Shown: positions 8,693 to 13,979 of the stretch, piece by piece | How positions within the stretch are numbered: the stretch's first letter is position 1 | How the letters are laid out: every line of letters begins with the position of its first letter | Assembly: GCA_043732485.1 (NCBI GenBank) | Contig: JAYTHP010000102.1 | Location: forward strand, 1 to 13,979 | DNA length: 13,979 nt | Reading direction: 5' to 3' | DNA from: Oligoflexia bacterium | GTDB lineage: Bacteria; Bdellovibrionota; UBA1018 | The notes under the pieces: model-generated | What the model was told of the DNA's origin: nothing | Database searches by the model: none | The model's input: only the letters and a program-made list of their open reading frames with translations | Position numbers and translations under genes: made by a program

Positions 8693-9526
8693 TTGAAGCC
8701 TCCCACAGCTAAGACACCTGCTAACGCCCACGGCAAGCGAAAAGTCGGAGCTCCCCTGGAGGACCGAGCCGCACGATCTCAACCCTCCCCTGGGTCCGGA
8801 CCGACTGGCAGCGCTAGGGAAGAGTTTTTGCAAGAAGAGCGCGAAGAAGACGAGAAGTTGCAGTTAGGCGAAAGCCAATTTTTGTTAAAGCTCAATCTTC
8901 ACAATAAGGTTGGGCTCTACGCCAAAGTGCCTATCCCCGCAGGAGCTCTCATTGATTTCTACCGCGGCAGAACATTTCCCGACATTCAAGCGCGAACCGA
9001 GGCGCTCAGAGGGCTACCCATTCCTCAGCGCAAACGCGGCTGCCTTGATCGTTACCTACTCTTTGTTGGAAACCCCGACCACCAGCCCGCCCCAGGCACT
9101 CTCCAGCAGCGCCTCTTCCTGATTGATGCTCTCCTAGTTGGCCGAGGGAGCAGCAGGCGTTCCATGGTTTCCTCCATCAACCATGACACCCAAGAGGACA
9201 ACAGCATGCGGCAGGTGCTGCGCGTGGAGGACTCGGAAAAAAACCGAGTGCTTTTTCCAGAAGGCTACTCGGTCGGGATTTACGCAAAACGAGCTATCAC
9301 CGCTGGAGAGGAGATTTTGATCAATTATGGCGATTTTTGCCATCAAAAGCTGCTCGAGCATTATAGAGTATATCGCGAGTTCGTGAACGACCGCGAACTG
9401 GAGCAGGCTGGCACAAGGCAGCAAACTGCCAGACGGCTGACTGCGAGCAATCGTCAGCGTCAGCAGCCGGCAAGACGCGCCCCGGGGGTCAAGCACGAGA
9501 CACTCAAGCAAAGGGCGGCCCAGTGA
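8693..9526 (+). CDS. SET domain-containing protein, C-terminal part of paralog B'
   Basis: Same frame as 7283..8647, separated only by TAG 8645-8647 and 15 sense codons. SET motifs GLYAKVPI, GALIDFYRG, LIDA, SINHDT and GIYAKRAITAGEEILINYG span about 8858..9331. No Shine-Dalgarno is visible before TTG 8693. Confidence 0.8.
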   Translation: MKPPTAKTPANAHGKRKVGAPLEDRAARSQPSPGSGPTGSAREEFLQEEREEDEKLQLGESQFLLKLNLHNKVGLYAKVPIPAGALIDFYRGRTFPDIQARTEALRGLPIPQRKRGCLDRYLLFVGNPDHQPAPGTLQQRLFLIDALLVGRGSSRRSMVSSINHDTQEDNSMRQVLRVEDSEKNRVLFPEGYSVGIYAKRAITAGEEILINYGDFCHQKLLEHYRVYREFVNDRELEQAGTRQQTARRLTASNRQRQQPARRAPGVKHETLKQRAAQ

Positions 9527-9735
9527 GAGGCGACGAGACGATGGGCGACCAGCCGCAAGAAGCAGCGGCAGCATTGCCTGAGCAGGATCAGCAGCAGCCG
9601 ATGACAATGACAATGACGGCGCTCCCTGATCAGACGCCTGTGAGCAACGATCCGTTGCTCAGTGGTCCGGTGCTGGGCAGTCAGCAGGCGCAAGAAGATG
9701 CCCTGATGGATTACATCCGCTCACAAATCGAATAG
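9523..9735 (+). CDS. Short acidic Gln/Pro/Ala-rich hypothetical ORF (70 aa), or the frameshifted tail of B'
   Basis: The GTG start overlaps the TGA of 8693..9526 (GTGA), with an alternative ATG at 9541. Composition resembles the family linkers. No recognisable domain. Confidence 0.35.
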   Translation: MRGDETMGDQPQEAAAALPEQDQQQPMTMTMTALPDQTPVSNDPLLSGPVLGSQQAQEDALMDYIRSQIE

Positions 9736-10018
9736 TCCCCAGTCTCTAAACGGCTGCGCGCGAGCCAGTGCCTCCCTCATCAGCCCCGCGCCAGAGGATC
9801 CTCAGCCTCCGCAACCCCGTGGCTGCTGCTCTTACCCCTATGCCGTTCCCTCTTCATGGCCCCACCTCTCACTCAATGACCCGCACGAAGGAAGTGAGAA
9901 GGAAAAGAGAAGGAAAAGCGAGAAAAACGCCCTCCATACAAACCAGCAGACCCCGGCAGCCAGCAACGCCCCTCGTCAGGGCGCCCGGGCATCAGTTTTG
10001 CAATTTTTCAAGCAACTC

Positions 10019-10071
10019 TTGCTTTTTAATGTAAAAAAAGATTGACCCCTGCCAGCAAACTCTGCTAGGAC
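10019..10071 (+). promoter_or_regulatory. Sigma70-like promoter with upstream degenerate palindrome (copy 3, upstream of gene A)
   Basis: TTGCTTTTTAATGTAA (10019-10034), 7 bp, TTGACC (10042-10047), 18-bp spacer ending in TGC, TAGGAC (10066-10071). Confidence 0.68.
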
Positions 10072-10354
10072 CTCAACTCCCATGACGTGGCATGCGGTAT
10101 TCCGAGGGGGTGAGGAGTCGAAGCTGAGCGGGCGTGCCAGAGCGAAAGGCAAGGCCCAGGACAGTTGCTCTGACAATTGCTCTTATGAAGTGAGATTACC
10201 CAGGGAAGAGGCTTTTTCCCTCCACGGAAGACTTTTTAGCTCCCGTTGAGCTCCGCCCGTTAGTCGGCTCGGCAGATCAGCGCATCCGCAGGCACCGCGA
10301 AGTCCTGCAGGCACCGTCAGTGAACCTACGCAAGAAAGTGTAGAAGGCTCCTTT

Positions 10355-13300
10355 ATGACTCATGATTACCCAACGACGCATCACACCAGAACTCTGCGCA
10401 ACAGGACTCCGTTTCGCAACCTCCTAGCACCCCACCCGCTGCTGCTGGTTCACCTGAGTCGGCGCTGGGTTGCAGATCTTTGCCAAGCAGGCTGGGTCAG
10501 CAAGGCACCTTGGGGAGGCGGCTCACTCCCGCCGCTTGCTCTCTTGTGTGCGTTGACGTGGCAACCGCTACCGCTTGCCCAGGCGTCTCCCACGGGAGAA
10601 GTCTCGGGAAGTCTCGGGGGAAATCTCGAAAGGACGAGCGTCGGTCCGCACGTTGAGGAGGCCCAAGGGTTATCCGCTCTCGTGGCTCAGGTCTTACGCG
10701 ATCCTGAGGCGTTGACCTCGCCTGCTGCACGCTTCGAGATCGTCGCAAGCATGCTCAGGAACTTAAAAGAGTTAGAACGCTACCATTACCTGCCGCAAGC
10801 CTCCCGCACCCGGCTGTTTGAGAAACTCACTGAGACCTTACCCTTTCGCGTGCGAGTCAACGACCCAGCAAATCCCGGGTCGACGCGCGTGGTGTTTGTG
10901 CCCAAAATCGCGCTTTTTGCCGCCCTGATTCCCGCTCCGCTGCAAGGGGCTGCGACTTCCACCCCCCCTGGTTCGTCGCTCGCCCACTCGCAGGCTGCTT
11001 TCTCCAAGCGCTCAGCCCTGCAAGAAGCCATCATCGCGTTAAGCCAGCTTGAAAATTATTTACCCAACAGCAGACAGCAAGCAGCGCTGAGCGGGGCTCA
11101 CGCTTCGCCACTGCTCCTCCACCGGGGTGCAAGCCAGCGGATTTTGTGTAAGTTCATGCAGATTATCCTGCAAAATCGAGACCCTAACGTGGCAACCCTG
11201 ATCCTAGACCACCCCCTGATCCGGGCGCGTCCGGCCGTGATGCACACCCTGCTCACGCTTGCCTTGAAAGACGCCGTGTTGAGAAAGGACAGCAGCAACG
11301 GTCTTGGCCAGACGCTTGGCCAGACGCCTGAAGCGCGCGGTGGGGTTTTGTTGGCGGCGCTTTTGGCAAAATACGCCCCGTCGGAAGACGACGCGGTCTC
11401 GTTTAGCGCAGGCGATTTACTCCGTCAGCCTCAGTTCTTAGAAGCGATCCTGCTTGCGGCCTTAAAAGAGTGGATGGAAACCCCCGCAAGCCAGCCTGAG
11501 CTTGCAGAGCAACAAGCCGAGTTTTGTGAGCGTTTTCTCGAGCTGTTCGCCCTCCCTGCCTCGCAGCCGCTTGCAAGCGCCGACCAGCCGAGCGACCTTG
11601 CCCCCCCGCTCAACCGCAGGGCGCGGCTTTATCAAGCAGGCCTGACGTTTCTCGAACACTTGCCAGAGCTTACTTCCCTTGCCCCGGGACAAGGGCTCTC
11701 GCACACGGCCTCAGACCGGCGCGCGCAGCTGCGACGACTGGCACGTTACCGAGGCCTTGAGCAGGAAGGGGGCGCTCGGGGTGTCGGTGTTGGCGACAGC
11801 CTCTCTCACCCGGAACCGCACTCAGCAGCAGGGGCCGGAACCGTCGCTCCGCCCCCGCTCCTCAGATTAACCTTACCCCCCGCGTCGGGCCTGAGTCGCC
11901 TCTTACAAGATCATCATCATGAGACGGCGCATCATGAGACGGCGCACCAGACGGCGCACCAGACGGCGCACCAGCAGACAGCTCAGCAAGAATCCCCAAG
12001 ATTTCAAGGGCTTGAAGATCTAGCTGCGGCCAGTGCGACGGCTACAGCCGCTCCCCGCCCTGCCAGATCCCCGTCGTTGCCGAGCTATAAGCATCCTGTC
12101 CCGTGGCGCGAGACAAGAGCTGAAGACCAGCACCGCGCGCCGTCGCACCCGCCTACTCGCTCCTCTCTCGCCCACGCAGCAGAAAGCCGCCCCTTGGAGG
12201 CACTCATTGCGCAGCAGCTAGCCAGTCTGCAGCGAGTCGGACAGCTCTCAGCCACCTCACCGCCTCCGGCAGCGACTTTTTCGGGAGCCATTGCCGAGAT
12301 GGACCTGGGCGAGCTGGAAGCAGCCCTCGTATCGGAGTATCAAGCGACCCACCGGGAACTGAACGCTCTTGAAGCGGAACTGGAGCAGGGGGAGATCAAG
12401 GGCCGAGCGGCGCACGACTTGCTGTCGCCGCAAGCCAACGCCCGCAGCGTGCAGGCCTATCAGCAAGCGCTAGCCCGCTACGATCGCTTGTTCCAGATGG
12501 TCAAAAGAGCCGAGGCTTGGGGGATTCAAAAGCTCGGCGAGCCGGCCACCAGCCAGCAACACGCGCAACAACTGCGCGCCTTCTTGCTGCTCATGCAGCA
12601 ATCGGAACTCTGGGAGTCGGCTGGAAACTTTTTGTTCAATCAAGCGCAATCTTACGTCGAGCTCAGTCAAACGATCCCCCTTGAAACGCTGCAAACCAAG
12701 GTGACGGGGACTTTACCGGCCTTGCCAACAACGACCGCCCTCAAACTGCAGTTTCAAAGAAAAGCGTTAACGGCGTTCGAACAAGCGCTCGAATTTTACC
12801 AAGCCATGAAAGATGATTTTGATTTCACCGTCTTCCCCCCGATCAAGCGCAGCCTCAGGCCGCTGAGCGAAATTCAAGAGCTTCATCTTGACGTCACCCA
12901 AACCGCCATCCAGGCAACGAGACGCAGGCTGACCCAGCTGTTGACAAACCCAGCGAAGGTGCAAGCCGACGATCTCAGCCGCCTCTTGAGCCAGGCAAAA
13001 GCAAGCTTCTCTCGGATCTGGCGCTCGGGAGCAAGCAAACGACGCCTTGTCCCGGCGTCTTCTGCTAGGAGCAACCCGCAAGACGCTCAAGCTGACGGCG
13101 ACGAGAAAACCGCAGAGGGCAACACCAACGCTGAAGCGCAGTCCCCCGCGCAAGACGAAGCCCGCAATCAAGCCCGAATCGAGCAATTCCAAGCGCTCAG
13201 CCAGACGCTGTTACTTGCGGCAAGCCAAGAGAGCGAGATTGCCTGGTGGCTCGCCCGCTGCCATTTGCAGATCGCCGATATTTTGAGTCGCTCTCAGCCA

Positions 13301-13471
13301 GCGCCTGGATGTCAAGACCAAGGGGCAGAAGCGCAAGCATTTTTGCGGCAAGCAAAGCAAGGTTTTCAGCAACTGGAAGTCCGCGAGCCTGACAACGCTG
13401 ACTTGCAAGCCCGTTTAAAAAGAGCGCGCGTGGAATGGGAATCCCTCGAGCAAAAGCTCTTTCAGGACTAA
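10355..13471 (+). CDS. Large putative secreted hypothetical protein (gene A, 1038 aa): long signal peptide, family N-terminal domain, low-complexity linker, helical TPR-like C-terminal domain; no SET domain
   Basis: Uninterrupted ORF with GAAGG 7 nt before the ATG and signal-like LALLCALTWQPLPLAQA|S. It shares N-terminal motifs (PKIALFA, FMQ, AGDLLR, QAEFC) and C-terminal motifs (VKRAEAW, WESAGNFLFNQAQSY, EIAWWLARCHL) with gene B. Confidence 0.9.
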   Translation: MTHDYPTTHHTRTLRNRTPFRNLLAPHPLLLVHLSRRWVADLCQAGWVSKAPWGGGSLPPLALLCALTWQPLPLAQASPTGEVSGSLGGNLERTSVGPHVEEAQGLSALVAQVLRDPEALTSPAARFEIVASMLRNLKELERYHYLPQASRTRLFEKLTETLPFRVRVNDPANPGSTRVVFVPKIALFAALIPAPLQGAATSTPPGSSLAHSQAAFSKRSALQEAIIALSQLENYLPNSRQQAALSGAHASPLLLHRGASQRILCKFMQIILQNRDPNVATLILDHPLIRARPAVMHTLLTLALKDAVLRKDSSNGLGQTLGQTPEARGGVLLAALLAKYAPSEDDAVSFSAGDLLRQPQFLEAILLAALKEWMETPASQPELAEQQAEFCERFLELFALPASQPLASADQPSDLAPPLNRRARLYQAGLTFLEHLPELTSLAPGQGLSHTASDRRAQLRRLARYRGLEQEGGARGVGVGDSLSHPEPHSAAGAGTVAPPPLLRLTLPPASGLSRLLQDHHHETAHHETAHQTAHQTAHQQTAQQESPRFQGLEDLAAASATATAAPRPARSPSLPSYKHPVPWRETRAEDQHRAPSHPPTRSSLAHAAESRPLEALIAQQLASLQRVGQLSATSPPPAATFSGAIAEMDLGELEAALVSEYQATHRELNALEAELEQGEIKGRAAHDLLSPQANARSVQAYQQALARYDRLFQMVKRAEAWGIQKLGEPATSQQHAQQLRAFLLLMQQSELWESAGNFLFNQAQSYVELSQTIPLETLQTKVTGTLPALPTTTALKLQFQRKALTAFEQALEFYQAMKDDFDFTVFPPIKRSLRPLSEIQELHLDVTQTAIQATRRRLTQLLTNPAKVQADDLSRLLSQAKASFSRIWRSGASKRRLVPASSARSNPQDAQADGDEKTAEGNTNAEAQSPAQDEARNQARIEQFQALSQTLLLAASQESEIAWWLARCHLQIADILSRSQPAPGCQDQGAEAQAFLRQAKQGFQQLEVREPDNADLQARLKRARVEWESLEQKLFQD
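11912..11974 (+). repeat. In-frame coding minisatellite (HHETA)x2-(HQTA)x2 in the linker of gene A
   Basis: catcatgagacggcg x2 (11915-11944) followed by caccagacggcg x2 (11945-11968). Paralog A' has a single unit (catgatacggcgcac). Confidence 0.9.
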
Positions 13472-13697
13472 GTTGCCCCAAGCCAGAGACCGGCGCACGG
13501 GGGAAGCAAGGGAACTCCTGGTCAAGCTCCGTCTTGTTAGGACAAAACTACGCGCAGTTGGCCCAACTCTCCAAAGCCCTAGGCTCAGGGTCGCTTCCCC
13601 ACGACGACTCGACAACGACTCAAGGTGGTGAGGGCAACCGAGATCCAGGGTTGCTCTGCAAGCGTTAGGACGCTCTCGGTTGTGATACCCATCAGGA

Positions 13698-13749
13698 TTA
13701 CACTTTAATGTAAAAAAAAATTGACTCACGGTTTCATTACTGCTAAATC
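13698..13749 (+). promoter_or_regulatory. Sigma70-like promoter with upstream palindrome (copy 4, for a gene starting at or beyond the window end)
   Basis: TTACACTTTAATGTAA (13698-13713), 7-bp A tract, TTGACT (13721-13726), 17-bp spacer ending in TGC, TAAATC (13744-13749). Nearly identical to copy 1. Confidence 0.75.
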
Positions 13750-13908
13750 CAAACCTCTTTTAAGCATTGCCCACGCATTGCCCCTGCACCGCCTCTCGTG
13801 TTTTTCAGTGAGTGATTGAGTGAGTAATTGTTCAGGAGTATTTTCGTCAGCATTAGCCCGTCATTCTGAGTCGCAGCATGATCAGTAGCTCCATCAGTAG
13901 TACCCTAT

Positions 13909-13979
13909 TCAGTATCAGTATCAGTATCAGTATCAGTATCAGTATCAGTATCAGTATCAGTATCAGTATCAGTATCAGT
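13909..13979 (+). repeat. Perfect hexanucleotide microsatellite (TCAGTA)n, at least 11.8 units, running off the window end
   Basis: Read directly; preceded by degenerate atcagtag units at 13881 and 13893. Confidence 0.97.

Larger units (their letters stand above)
7283..9735 (+). pseudogene. Whole B' locus interpreted as one disrupted gene (one nonsense codon, possibly a further frameshift near 9400-9520)
   Basis: Domain order is the same as the first two thirds of gene B when the single in-frame TAG is read through. A second frame open from 9367 to 9735 has linker-like composition. Confidence 0.6.
10900..13749 (+). repeat. Copy 2 of the diverged direct repeat of about 2.9 kb
   Basis: Aligns with 1..2913 through coding, intergenic and promoter sequence. 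Confidence 0.9.

Noticed and set aside
3108..9526. Eukaryotic origin of the window because of the SET domains and low-complexity linkers
   Set aside because: The ORFs are kilobases long and intronless, the genes are densely co-oriented, the -35/-10 promoters are correctly spaced and SD-like motifs are present. These point to a bacterium, though the taxonomy cannot be fixed from this window.
2594..10018. Rho-independent terminators after A', B and B'
   Set aside because: No convincing GC-rich hairpin followed by a U tract was found by eye. The region gcgcccgggcatcagtttt near 9981-9999 is too weak to call.
10078..10330. A known riboswitch or ncRNA in the leader of gene A
   Set aside because: Some helices can be drawn, but I could not match the conserved core of any riboswitch class. 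An Rfam search is needed.
3021..13471. Autotransporter, two-partner secretion or RTX/Rhs toxin identity for the large proteins
   Set aside because: There is no C-terminal beta-barrel pattern, no beta-helix, RTX or YD repeats, and no adjacent transporter or immunity genes. The sequences look alpha-helical plus disordered.
193..13729. The many 60-185 aa antisense and alternate-frame ORFs in the ORF track, some recurring in both repeat copies (e.g. 2657..2893 and 13415..13729, MSQFFFTLKCN)
   Set aside because: They overlap the large genes or the promoter cassette and have no recognisable motifs. They recur only because the underlying DNA is duplicated.
1..13749. Terminal direct repeats of a mobile element (prophage, composite transposon, LTR element) or a diversity-generating retroelement template/variable pair
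   Set aside because: The repeats are diverged paralogous genes. There is no integrase, transposase or reverse transcriptase, and the differences between copies are not confined to adenines.
13881..13979. CRISPR array or telomere-like repeat
   Set aside because: It is a pure 6-bp tandem repeat with no spacers and no cas genes nearby. Its core is related to the short repeat in the leader of gene B, so it is an ordinary microsatellite.

Overview
Apparently bacterial DNA (long intronless ORFs, sigma70-like promoters) made up entirely of a same-strand tandem array of four paralogs of one large, unrecognised protein family: A' (<1..2593, broken by six in-frame stops), B (3108..6896, intact), B' (7283..9526/9735, broken by one amber stop) and A (10355..13471, intact). 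The three members whose 5' ends are in the window (B, B', A) start with an unusually long N-terminal leader ending in a Sec-type hydrophobic stretch and an A-x-A site. All four share a roughly 280-350 aa N-terminal domain (PKIAxFA ... FMQ ... AGDLLR ... (H/Q)A(E/D)FC), followed by a Pro/Ala/Ser/Gln-rich linker and interchangeable modules. The modules are a SET-domain lysine methyltransferase preceded by a basic NLS-like motif (B, B') and/or a helical, TPR-like C-terminal domain (A, A', B). B, B', A and a presumed fifth gene beyond the window each sit behind the same promoter cassette: an imperfect palindrome TTRCW-N6-TGTAA, 7 bp, TTGAC(T/C), 17-18 bp, then TAnnnC preceded by TGC. The two ends of the window are a diverged direct repeat of about 2.9 kb, and the window ends in a (TCAGTA)n microsatellite. 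My interpretation, which is inference, is an expanding and decaying, co-regulated family of secreted host-directed effectors, including candidate nuclear histone methyltransferases. No RNA genes, transposases, CRISPR arrays or housekeeping genes were seen.
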